From Mobula hypostoma (Eukaryota): DNA of 64,000 nucleotides. The position numbers and the translations under genes are program-made. This document shows positions 25,449-37,684 of this stretch, in pieces (position 1 is the stretch's first letter; each line of letters begins with the position of its first letter). The stretch lies in contig NC_086097.1 in NCBI RefSeq assembly GCF_963921235.1, forward strand, positions 208,942,001-209,006,000, in the 5' to 3' direction. The notes beneath the pieces are model-generated. The model saw nothing but the letters and a program-made list of their open reading frames with translations, had not been told where the DNA came from and did not search any database.

Positions 25449-25743
25449 ATGAGCAGCCCTGATGCTGGTTACGCTAGTGACGACCAGGTTCAGAGTAGGT
25501 GCAACATGACCGGGATGTTGCCGACGATGGGATCCTGCCAGTGGGCTGAACCTATGAGCTCTCTCGTAGATACCAAAGTCGCTGGCGCTGCCGATCAAGC
25601 GAACAATCCCGGCAACCGATCGAAGTCTGAGAGCCGCATCCGGCGGCCGATGAATGCCTTCATGGTCTGGGCAAAGGACGAGCGCAAAAGGCTGGCGCAA
25701 CAAAACCCGGACCTGCACAACGCCGAGCTTAGCAAGATGCTGG
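25449..25743 (+). CDS. sox17: SoxF HMG-box transcription factor Sox17, coding exon 1
   Basis: ATG at 25449 gives [13 protein letters not shown], the characteristic Sox17 N-terminus. It is followed by the first half of a SoxF HMG box ([38 protein letters not shown]) and ends at a phase-1 donor, CTGG|GTACGT (intron starts 25744). This matches the SoxF HMG-box intron position. Confidence 0.96.
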
Positions 25744-26081
25744 GTACGTACTACCGCGGGGAGATGAAAGAGGGTGGCGGAATCTCAGCATTTATATTGA
25801 AACTGCTACTTTACCCAAAGATACGGTTGGTTGTGTGTGTGTGGGGGGGGGGGGTTGTAAATCAAACTCACACTTTCGTGAATAATGTCCATGTACTTCA
25901 TTAAACAACGCCATGTAAACCATCTGTCAAAGCTCGCAGTATTAATTTAAAGATGAGCGTCCAAAATGAAAGATACCTGTTTCAAACACACCACATACAT
26001 TAAAACGATTATTCACTTAGAGGTAGAGTTCGAAGTCACTCGATCATATAAGGTAACAGTTCTTTTATTCTGCATCCGCAG
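25744..26081 (+). other. sox17: sox17 intron (338 bp, GT-AG, phase 1)
   Basis: GTACGT donor and pyrimidine tract plus CAG acceptor. Removing it restores an uninterrupted HMG box. Contains a short (GT)n and G-run at about 25832-25854. Confidence 0.93.
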
Positions 26082-26995
26082 GTAAGTCGTGGAGAGGCCT
26101 CTCCTTGACTGAGAAACGCCCCTTTGTGGAGGAGGCTGAGAGACTTCGGGTGCAGCACATGAAAGAACATCCCAACTACAAATACCGGCCTAGGCGGAGA
26201 AAACAGATTAAGAGAATAAAGCGGGTGGACACGGGCTTGCTGATGCACAGCATCTCTGAGCAGCAGCTGAGCAACGACGGGCGCGTTTGTAACCAAAGCA
26301 TGAATATGTCGTACCACGACACCGGCTACTGCATACAGAGCCAGATTCCGCACCTCAGCCACTACAGGGAAGCACAAACCATGGCAGCCGGTGTGGAAAG
26401 TTTCGGCTTACCAACCCCCGAGACGTCTCCTTTGGATGTTTTGGAGGCAAGTTCTGTATTCTTCCCTACACAATTGCAAGAAGATTGCCAAATAATGCCT
26501 TATGGGAACAGCACTGGATACCACCCCCACCAACAACACCCCGACTACTCTTCCCAGGAAAACCAAGCCGCCCTTTTCCGTCGGCAGAGAGCTGAGCTGG
26601 GTGTTTCCCAGGATGATCAGCTGGGACACGACGGCGGTTTCCATGGGATGTTCAGCTCTTGCCATAACATGGTAGCAATGTACTACAGCCAGATGTGCTC
26701 GCCAAACGGCCAGCGGTCCTTGAATATGCATGTTGGCCAACTCTCTCCACCCCCCGAACCGCACCGCGCGGACAACCTGGATCATCTCAGCCAGGCTGAT
26801 CTTCTGGCGGAAGTAGATCGCAATGAGTTCGAGCAATACCTCACGTCGGTCGCACGACCTGATCTGGCAGGACTCGCCTACAATGCACCCGAGGCAAGTC
26901 CGAACGGACTCACTTCAGTAGAGAGCAATCTGATTTCCTCCGTCCTTTCCGATGCCAGCACTGCCATGTATTATTCCAATTTCCCTTCGGCATAA
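26082..26995 (+). CDS. sox17: Sox17 coding exon 2 (rest of HMG box and C-terminal transactivation region)
   Basis: Acceptor TTTTATTCTGCATCCGCAG at 26063-26081. The frame joins exon 1 as G|GT AAG TCG TGG = [42 protein letters not shown]. It contains SoxF motifs [28 protein letters not shown] (beta-catenin-binding motif) and [13 protein letters not shown]. Stop is TAA at 26993-26995, followed by TGA. Spliced CDS is 1209 nt = 402 aa. Confidence 0.96.
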
Positions 26996-27390
26996 TGAAC
27001 TCGCAAAAGAACTGCGCAAAACTATCGACCAGTATTAAAACCAAAATGCTTTAAAAATTTACTTGACCTCAGGGTGTCTTGGAAAATGTTGCCTGATAGA
27101 AAAAATTATTTAAGATTGCATATTTAAACTAATTTTGCTTTCACTTTGTGCTTCAGATCAACACGGCGGGGTTTGGGTTTGTTTTGTGCAACACCACAAT
27201 GACCTTACCTTTGTATTTTCGTCACCTGGAATTTATTTTCTAATAATGGGGGAAAATCTGTACAACCAATCTGTCACAAGCAGCGTCCCGCAGTTTGTAC
27301 TGGACGAGAATTGCTTAAGCAATCATTATGTAAATATTTAATTTCTTATTGAAATGGGAATGTTTTGTACTTTTTTTTGCACTTTTAGCT

Positions 27391-27396
27391 AATAAA
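27391..27396 (+). terminator. sox17 polyadenylation signal AATAAA
   Basis: First AATAAA after the stop codon, about 400 nt downstream, preceded by T-rich and TGTA elements. Confidence 0.7.
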
Positions 27397-30300
27397 GTTT
27401 TGAACACTATAAAATCAAACTCTGCATTCGTAACCCAGTAAATCCTTCGTCGTGTTTACATCAGTTACAGTATATGTAGATAGGAAATCAACGTTTCCTC
27501 GTAATGACAAGAAAGTTGAAACTCGGTATGATTTCGAGGAAAAAGCCCACAGAACTACTAACTGTATAAATTATTAGCAAGTAAATTGAAACTTTGTTTT
27601 GACCAATACGTCATTCCGTTAACCAAATCTTCCAGGAATTCAGAGAGGTGTATTTCTGTACTGGTTTACGGGAGCTGAGCAATCCATTAACCTATACTGT
27701 ATTTCTGAAACGTTTTGAATACTCTTAAGAGGGTGAACAGAGGAGCAAAGGTCAGAACATTTCTCCTGGCTTCCTTCAATTGAGTTGTTGTGGTTAAAAG
27801 TAAATCCTCTTCAAACAGGCCGGACGTGAAGGTCCGATGTTTAAAGTCACCAGTGATCTACTTAAGTTTGTCAACATTGCGAACGTTACGGGATAATAGG
27901 CCTGGAAAGATGGCTATGCCACAAACAGTGCAGATAACTTTTATCCTTTAACGAATTAGGGTACTGTATAGTTTACTTCACACGGTAATGAGGGGGGGGG
28001 GAGGTTACAGCAAACTCGGGTATATTCAAGCATTTAAAAAGCTATAGAATACCCTCTTAAACAGTACAGATCATGAGGAAGGCATACGGTTCATTGCAAA
28101 TTATCGTCGTAAAATTTGACCAGCTGCATTAAGGTACACGTACTATACGGATTAATTCAAAATATGCAGTGAATATGGAAACGTCCGAGATTTATCGTGA
28201 AATACAAATCACATTGTTGATAACATCTTACCATTTCTCTTGTCATTTGACTTGCCCTCAATGATTTGTTTCAATTACGGTTTGATTCAGACTCTGATTC
28301 AGGGTTCCCTTTCACCTCAATGACGTTGATTGTGCGGAGACACTGCCCGGCTCAAGAAAGACTGTGGCATTAGAAAGTTATTAACCATTTCTCATTTTCC
28401 AGCTGCCCCTGAAACGGCAAATAAAGTAATGTAACTGAAAGAAACTTATGCTTCGTACTTTGCATTAAAATTAATACACCGACCCTCCACCCTATTAGAT
28501 TATTTAATTAGTTGAGATGTTGTCCATCTAGAGCTGTCTTAACATATCCAGAACTAGCCACAAGACACAGGAACAACTCCTGGTGAAAGCCAGATTAGGT
28601 AATGTGTATTTTAAGTGTGGGTTTGGGTTAGGGGTGGGATGGCAGTGTTGACAGCTTTTCCTTAATACCTACAAACTAGACATAATACATATTAGTCCAT
28701 TCCTGTGGTGAAAAATCAGTGTTGAATTCATTTCCCTTAAACAGCAGAATGTAATTCAAGAGTTGGATTAGAATCTTCACTACCAAAGCTCAAAGTACAA
28801 AGCATCAGTTACCTAATTTAAAGGCCAAATCAGACATAAAATTGGAGGGACATTTGAGGAGGTAATTTCAATTATATCAACTATAATAACAAAAATAATG
28901 TAATTTAATAGCTATTTTGCTGGTCTCCATTAACCTTTTCTTGTAAACAAACTTACCCTTAACTGATAACATTACTTATTAATTATAAGTTATCCTTATA
29001 GGCAATACCCTACCCTTGAAACATAAGAGATCACAAATGCTCGAATCTGGAACAACAAAACAATCTGCTGGAGCATCACTTGTTGGGGAACAGCATTTGT
29101 TGGGGAAAAAGGAATGGTCAATTTCAGATCAAAACCCAACACCAGAGTCTGAAACATAATTCCTTTCCCCCTACAGTTGCTATTTGACTTGTTGTGTTGC
29201 TCCTGTAGATTGTTTGTTGGAACCTGATAAATCTCTTCTGTGTTCTTCCTCCTGCTGCCACATCCTTCTGGTAGCATGGCAACCAGAACTGTACAGAATC
29301 AGATATGGATTCATTATCACCAATTTACATGACATGACTTAATTTCAGTGCAATGCAATTACTATAAATTGCAAGCATAAATAAATAGCTAGAAGGAATA
29401 ATGCGATTCATGGATTCATAGACCATTTAGAAATCTGATTACAGAAGGGAAGAATTTGTTTCTGAATTGTCGATGTGAGTATTCAGACTCACACTTGACA
29501 AAGTGCACGCAGTTGTCAGGCTGTGTAAAAATTTCCTGCTCAGAGCAATGGTTGGCCCATGCAGCTGTAAAAAAATAGAGGGAATATTGACAGAGGAACA
29601 GCTGAGCTGACGCCAGATTATTGAATAAATAAACATAAAGAAAAAATAAAAATGTTAATTGAAAAAGAGTAATTTTCAAATGGCTGAGAGGCCTTGCCTG
29701 GATAAAGTAGAATCAAAGTTTGACTGACAAAACTGTCATTGGCCATTGGAAAGCCTTAAAAAGGGAGATGTTTCAGTTTAAGTACATTTCATGAAGGAGA
29801 AATTGTACTTTCTGATGCTACAAAATAATAAATTCCATATTTGTCAGTGATAATAAACCTGATTTTGATTCTCATTGGAGCTGTATTTTTACAATCCAAG
29901 TGCCATTATAGTTAAATTCTGGATTCAATTCTTTAATATTTTATTTGAATGTAACTAGTTTGAAGTTCCCTGCCTTTCCTGAGATGTTGTTGCCTGGATT
30001 CTATTCCAAAGTCTAAATGAGGTTTGAAACACATATTAGATGGCAGAGAAACACTAAACTACAGGGAGCTTTTACACTTGAATCCATTCCATGTATGCAG
30101 TAGTTGTCTTCAGCTACTCCCCGTTGCCATACCATGTAATAATAAAGGAAATCATTTATATTTGTTTGGAGTGCAAATGTCCTTATATTAATTTTGATGA
30201 CGTTATATCCACCATTCAGAGGTTTCGTTAAGGAATCCCTTTTATACATACATTACTTATTGTAATTTATAGTTTGCAAATTATTATATATTACATTGTG

Positions 30301-33300
30301 CAGCTGCTGCAAAGCAACAGATTTCACACACATATGCCAGTGATATTAAATCTGATTTCCCATTCTGTTTTCCTTAACACAGGGTAGCAATAAGTGTCAA
30401 ACAATCTTGTACCATTTGTCCTGAAAATCAATCATTGTTACCTATGTTATCCTTTTGTCGAATAACTGCAGTGAGGAATACAGAAGCAGATAATAGAGCA
30501 AAACCTTCATTCAGGTATGATTAATATGTAAAAGATAACATTTGTATCACTAAAGTAAGCATATCTACAGTAAAAAGTATCCAACACCAAGTCCTGGCAT
30601 TGAATGGTATTAACATCATTAAGCTCGATACTGCCAACATCCAGGTCAGGCACTGGATATCCTGTACTGAGTAACCCACCTCCTGACTCTCAGAGCCTTT
30701 CTACCAACCACAATGTACAAATCAGGAGTGTGTTGAAAATTTTCTTCACTCGTTTAGAAGAATGCACTTCCAATAACACCTAAGAATCTTAGCACCATCC
30801 AGGTAAAATCAGCCGGATCAATTGTAACACCATCCCTCATATAATTTTATCCCATCACCAACTTACTGCAGCTGATGTTTACAATGTGTAACAGCTAAAT
30901 AATTCAAGTCCACATCCTCTCTCACTAAGAACAAGGTCAGTATGTATATGAAAGCATCAACTCCTGCAGGTTCCCTGCCAAGTCATATAACATACTGACT
31001 TTGAAACATTGCTGTTGTTCTTGGAAATTGCTTCCCAATAGCATAGGTTCACTTCCACCTTCTAGGAGGATCATCGTGCCCGACGCCAGCCCCCTAGGCC
31101 TGAGTCGACGTAGTAGTAGTAGTTCTAAGAGGGCATTTAGGGATAGGCAACAAATACTTAGCTCATTAGTGGATTTCTACTGACGTACCATGGAGAGCAT
31201 TCTAAGTGGCTGCATCACCATCTGGTATGGGTGGTGTGGGTGCTACTGCACAGGATCAAAGTAAGTTGCAGAGAGTTGTAAACTTCCATGGACACTAGCC
31301 TCCAATAGTATCCAGGACATCTTCAAGGAGCGATGCCTCAAAAAGGTGGTATCCATTATTAAAGACCCCCATCACCCTCTTGAACCCTTCATTGCTACTA
31401 TTAGGAAGGATGAAGATGACACACTTAATGATTCATGAACAGCTTCTTCTCCTCTACTTACTTAATTTAATAACTTTCTGTAACTCGCAGTTTTTTCTAT
31501 TTTTATTATATATTGTATTGTATTGTTACCACAAAGATAACACATTTTATGACATATGCAGGCGATTTAAAACCTGATTCTGATTCTAATAAAAGAAAAA
31601 GTACAATTCAAGATGTATGTTGTTGATTGTGAAGTGCTCTCGATGACCTGAAGGGGTGAAAAACACCAGATAATACTTTTCTTCATCATGTCAAACTTTC
31701 ATTATTTCAAATTAATAGAATTAAGGTGGCGTCTGCAACGAAGGGATTTTTCTCTGTCCGAAAGAGCTAAGAAGTCTTCTTTTAAAGTCTAGCTATGTTA
31801 TTGGTGTTAATATCACTCCTACAGAAAGTGATACTTCTACAGAAGTGATACTCTACAGTTTGAAAGAGGAACTTTGTTCAGGTCCAAAATGCTGTAGGAT
31901 TAAAATGGCCAAAGAAATACAACTACTCCTGGATTGCTTATATACTGAGCAACTTCCCAGGATGAAGAGTATGATGAAATGGTTACTGCCTCTCAAGAAA
32001 TGCCATGTTCAGTTTCTTTATCCAGAGTCCTCAAATGATAACTGATATGCTAGAAAGCTTGGAGACAACTTAGACACTACAAAATTGGTCCTAGAGGGTT
32101 AATTTAGCACTCCACATGTGAATCCTCATCTTAGATTACGTCTATACTTTGTCATTTGTAAATCATCTGATGAGTTTTTCGATCTTTATAGCAGATAATA
32201 TGAAGTTATCTAAAGATAATGAAGTTATCTGATACCCATCCCTCTAACTTAGACTGCCTTTGTTATTTCATCAACCTCGTAATTAGTGATGCTGAATTAT
32301 GTAAATATCCACTGCATACTTTTCAGTAAACACTTTGTGTTTCTTCCTCCCCTCCCCCACCTCTAACTCTGATTCCTCATCTTTTTTTTCCTCCAGTCCT
32401 GGAGAACGGTCTTGGCCTGAAATATCAACCATATTCTTTTACATAGATGCTGCCTGGCCTGCTCAGATCCTGCAGCATTTTGTGTATGTTGCTTGGATTT
32501 CCAGCATCTGCAGATTTTCTCTTGTTTGTACTTTTCACTATTCTAGTATTTGATGTTATTTTACAGCAGTTAAATTTTAAATACTACTATATCCATTAAA
32601 AAATTCTTCAAAGTCATTTATTTATTTTAATGCCCTTTGTCCTAATGGCTAACAAGAAAAAGAACCTTTAAGGATGCAAGTCTCAATGTCTGCCTCTTTG
32701 CTACCAATTGAACATTATGCTTAAAATACAAGTTCTGCAAACTTAATGAAAAAAGTTGATTCTATTTGAGTTAACTAAATTTAAAAAAATATGCATTGTT
32801 CATCGCCCTTCCTTTGCTGAAAGTATTAATTGATTCTGAATGAGAATCCATAGGTGGCAGCACTTGAATGATGTCACATCAACGTCCCTGTGCAGAAAGC
32901 AGGGAAGATATGTAATGGAATGCTATTGAATTTGGAGATAAAGACAAATCTGATTGTAGGGCTCTTTGATTAAAAAATAAGCAAACTCTGCTTTTTTCTT
33001 GCTAATGAAATTTAGGAATGTGCTTCCATTCAGATTATAATTTCACGAGTAGTAAAAATAATTAATAAATCTAGTAATCATGGAATTAATGTTGATTTAA
33101 TGACAATAATGGTCAACAATAGCAGTAGTCTAAATTATTTTAGAAGCAAAGATTAGGGGTAAGGTGATATCATTAAAATTATTGTGTGGCCTCAAAAATT
33201 GCATTTCTGCCCCATTAGAGAGCAAAAGTGGTCATTTTGGCATCTAATCAGCAATGCACTACCTTTGACTTCATAATCTGGTTGAAGTTAACTGTATATT

Positions 33301-34873
33301 TTCAAGCCCTCTTGTAAGTGCGATTGTCTGATGTAGATCCAGAAGGAGGCCTGTCTAGGTAGGCCCAAATTTTTAATCTCTTCTTATCCTTCAACACTAT
33401 TTTATTTTCATTTTGATTCCATTCTTTCTCTCCTTTACCAGTCACTTTTCATTTATAAATCAATGATACAAAATAATATAAGTACCTAATAATTAACAGG
33501 AGGGAAAACAAACAGCCCGCAATCACGTTCAACCATTCAACCAGATCATGGTTGATCTTTTACATCATCCCTATTTTCCTGCTCTAAACCCATATTCCTT
33601 TATCACATTAACATATGGAAACCTCTGGATCTCGGTTTTGAATATACATGAATATCGACTGAGTTTCTGTAGAACTCTGAAGTAGAGAATTCCATTGCTG
33701 CTGTTGGACACGCCTTTTCCACTCCTCTTCTTTTGTCATTTCAAGCGGATCCTTCTTTCTGTGACAACCTTGTTCACTCTTCCACATACACCAAGTCGCT
33801 CTTCATTTTTTTGTGGCACTTTTCCAGGCAACCAAAAGGATTGTAATATTAACACCTTTATCTTTTGCTTTCCAACAGATTAAGCAGTATCTTCGAAGAT
33901 AGAAAAAAATGAGTTAACAATACCTGGCAGTTCTAATGCAAACTGAAAAATCTAGTTATCTAAAATTGTTATTTTAACTTTGCCCTGTTGTGATGAAAGG
34001 TCATTGACCTGAAACATGAATTCTGTTTCTCTTTCCACCTATACAACCTTATCCCCTGAGTATTATTCACATTTTCTAACTTTGTTTTCCATTTGAACTG
34101 TACACTTGTGTTGCAAAGACTATCCTAAGCCTTTTAAGAGGCTCCTTGATCCAAATGATAGAGAACCCAATTTACTCATCCATTTTCATGGGGAGAGTCA
34201 CAAGCCGGGGCTACAAAGAAGAAAAACTTTGGACAATTCTGTCTGAAGTCTTCACATAAAAAGTAGTCCACCAATAAATAATTTTGCTCTAATTTAATTC
34301 TTTATAGCAATATGGAAAAAAACTGAAAATTAGTACATTTATTCAGTATCCTTTCATTCTCAAATTTTCTTTCCAAACATTTTTTACTTTGCTTCTTCAA
34401 CGTCCCCCCAGCCCCAATTCCTTATCTTGCTGGCACTGGAATGCATGGCAATCCTTGTGGTCTGTTCCCCGCACGTCCTTAGGTGTGCTGGTTATTAATG
34501 CACATGGTGTATATTTTGATATATATGTGATAAATAAATCTGAATCTGAATCTGAATCATATCTTTTTTTCCAAGTTCAGACACCCCTTCAAAACTGCAC
34601 ATTATCTTGCCCAAAATATTTTTCAAAACTTATGTATTTTAGTTATCCTGTTATTTACCCAAATTGCTGTATGTTGTTCATTGGTCTTCCTGTGAAGATG
34701 ATGCTATCTAAAAGTTTTACTTCCAATTCTTATCCACTTTTTTTTGCAGTTAGTATTTTAGATTACTTTCAAAGTGAGTGCGGTCTTCCTTTGACTTTCG
34801 GGTTACCAGAATTAATATTTAGACAACTTTTAGGATGCCTTTGGTAAAAAGTAGAGAGACAATATAAAGATGC

Positions 34874-34976
34874 TCAAGCAACACACATCAAAGATGCTGG
34901 TGAACACAGCAGGCCAGGCAGCATCTCTAGGAAGAGGTACAGTCGACGTTTCAGGCCGAGACCCTTCGTCAGGACT
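34874..34976 (-). mobile_element. Short Penelope terminal-repeat insertion
   Basis: Matches about 58604-58706. The element's 5' end coincides with the start of the hammerhead motif. Confidence 0.85.
34941..34976 (-). ncRNA. Minimal type I hammerhead ribozyme motif
   Basis: Identical to the 43522-43557 copy. Confidence 0.75.
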
Positions 34977-36679
34977 GTTAATTGTTAGATGTTAATTGTT
35001 TTGTTCTACACTGGCCTGCTACTCTTCAGTGGAAAGTAGCAGTGTCTTTCTTTCAGATTTTGACTATTGCATCGTGTATATCAATAGATAAAGAATCACT
35101 GTTTATAATGGCATAAATCAATATTTATAATGGCAATTATATTTCCAGCTTTTCAAAAGAAAAAATGGAAATTTTAATAATCACTGGAATACATTTTACG
35201 AAGTTTTTTGTGGGAGTGACAATGACTGACTAGAACTTTTGAAATTTAAATTTAGTTTTCTAAACCAAACAGTAAATTTACTTAAATAGCCCTGAACAGT
35301 TGCTGTAGACTCCTTGGATTAATTAACAACTCAATTCAAAACAAAGATGTCAGTTATACACAGAACTATGCCAACTAATCCATTGTTCATGCTTGAATTA
35401 TACAGCTTGATTCCTGTCTTAAGCCCATGACCTTGGAGGCAACCAACCAAATTGTATGATTTTTATAACAATTTAAAGTTGGCAGAAAGTTATTTACAGT
35501 TGATTTAAAATGTATTGCAGTCAAATTTCTGTTTCAGTAGCTTTACTAATGTCCTGAAACCAAGCAGATTTTGTTTCTAATTACAGGGCTGCCATTTCTT
35601 GGATAGAATTGTGAGGTTAGGAGATTCAGTTTGTCCAACAGTAAAAGATAACTTCTACATTTTAATGAGTGTGATGAAGATTATATGTTATTTGAGGGCC
35701 AAGAGATCTGACCTCCCTCCCACCCCGCCAAACTAATACCCAGATTCTGGAAGTAAACCTGTATGTCTCTGAGGATTTCACTCTTTAACATTCCCTTGAA
35801 GGGGTGATGAGCGCTTCCTTGCTGTCTCTCAATAGTCTTGAACTTGCTTGGTTGGTGAATTTTGATTGATACATAAACAAAATAGGGAACATTAAGATGC
35901 TGAGGTCAGCAGAAAGACCATGAGGACCTTTGAGCAGATTAACCAAGATTGCTGTACACATTGCCTCTTGACTGCGTGGAAGTTGATAACAAAATCTGCC
36001 TTTTAGAACATAATTGCGACAGGCATTTAATCTAGGACATCTGTGCAAACACTTTGCATTTATTTAGAACACATATAAATCATACTTAGATAGAAATGTA
36101 TTTTGCTTCTGTTAATCCCATGAGACAGTAAAAAAAGTCTCCGCTGCCTGCACAGGTGGGTTGCAAGATATCTTAAAATTTGTCATGTTTTTGCCAGCAA
36201 ATGGTCTGAAACACATCGGGAACCTAAAACACCTCATCGGCTGTTGGTCTTGCATTTCAAAGTCAGGACCAAAACAAGCTGATATTCTTGTTATAAGAAA
36301 TTTGGCCCTGGAAATTAACTACTTTGTTAAAGCAGAATAAGACGGCAGCTTTTGCAAGACATTCTTCATATTTAAAGTCTATGTTAGGCAATATGCCTAA
36401 TTTAAAGAAAGAATGGGAGGCATTGTAGTCAGCAATGTTGAGACTCATTGGCCAAAGGATGTGTGCTAGGTTTATTCTGTTTTAATGAAACTCTACCCTT
36501 CACAGCCTGCTCCCTGAAGCTAAAGGATTGCCTGGGTACTCCAGTTTCATCAGGAAATAGTGCCACAGCTAAATGGAACTTAGGGGAGTAAGGTCTTATA
36601 TGATATGTTATATAGCAATAAGCACCATATAAGATCATTTAAGTTTAGGTTTACTGTCACCTATGGTTGACAGCATTGC

Positions 36680-37335
36680 AATTTTGACACTTTCTGGTTG
36701 CCCGGCTTTAGGAAGGATGCCATTAAGCAGGTTAGGATGCAGGAAAGATTCATGAGGATGTTAGCAGGCTGGATGGCTTCAGTTATAAGGAGAGCTGAAT
36801 AGGTTGGGACTAGAGGAGATGTAAGGGTTAAGTTTTTTACACAGAGAGTGGCGAGTGCGTGGAATGGGCTGCCAGTGACGGTGGTGGAGGCGGATAGGAT
36901 AGGGTCTTTCAAGAGACTCCTGGACAGGTACATGGAGCTTAAAAAATAGAGGACTATGGGTAACCCTAGGTAATTTCTAAGTAAGTACATGTTCAGCACA
37001 GCATTGTGGGCCGAAGGGCCTGCATTGTTTTGTAGGTTTTCTATGTTTCTATGTTTCTCTGTGGTATTGGAGGCTGAGGGTTAACCTCACAAAGATACAT
37101 AAAATCACAAGGGCGTGCGTAAGGTGGGAGGCCAGTCATTTCCCCAGGGTATGGAAGCCTAAAACTAGAGCTTACCGATTTTAGGTAAGTGGGGAAAGAT
37201 TTAAAAGAGATTCAAGGGGCAACATTTTCACACAGAGAGTAGTGTGTAATTGGAGCAGGTTGCCAGAGGAAGCCATAGATGTGAGGACAATCACAATGAT
37301 TAAAAAGCATTTTGACAGGTACATGGATAGAGACA
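36680..37335 (+). mobile_element. CR1 LINE 3' fragments (younger one nested at about 36808-37060)
   Basis: TTTTTACACAGAGAGTGG..TGGAATGGGCTGCCAG..GGGCCGAAGGGCCTG..(CTATGTTT)n tail inside an older CR1 end. Confidence 0.75.
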
Positions 37336-37684
37336 TTTTCAAAGTGATAATGTCGTAATATTATAATACTTAGATGAAAAGCTTGCAACTTATGTTCTCT
37401 TGTGGTATGGGCAGACAAGTCATTTGGTCTGGATATAATGCATGCTAGATTGCTGAGGAGAATTGGAAAGAATCTGACTAAAATTTTCCAGCCACTTAAA
37501 TCTGAAAGAGATCCCCGAAGAGTGATGGATTGCAAATGCAAGATCATTTTTTAGGAGTGAGGAGAACCTCAGTAGCAAGGCAGTCAGCCCAAAGCTGGTG
37601 CTGGGGAAACACAGAAGCACTAATCCAGAACAGAATGCATTTCACCTGAGTAAAACATGGAGTACTAAAATAAAGTTTTATAAG

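Noticed and set aside
25744..25904. Read-through of ORF 25449-25904 as a single-exon protein
   Set aside because: HMG homology stops at the GT donor and resumes at 26082; the extension is intron.
25443..26836. Antisense ORFs (25443-25718, 26036-26377, 26408-26836)
   Set aside because: Shadows of the GC-rich sox17 CDS with no recognisable domains.
32846..32864. CTCF-like motif CCATAGGTGGCAGCA downstream of sox17
   Set aside because: The 3' half matches but the 5' half is one base short of consensus spacing; it cannot be supported without ChIP or conservation data.
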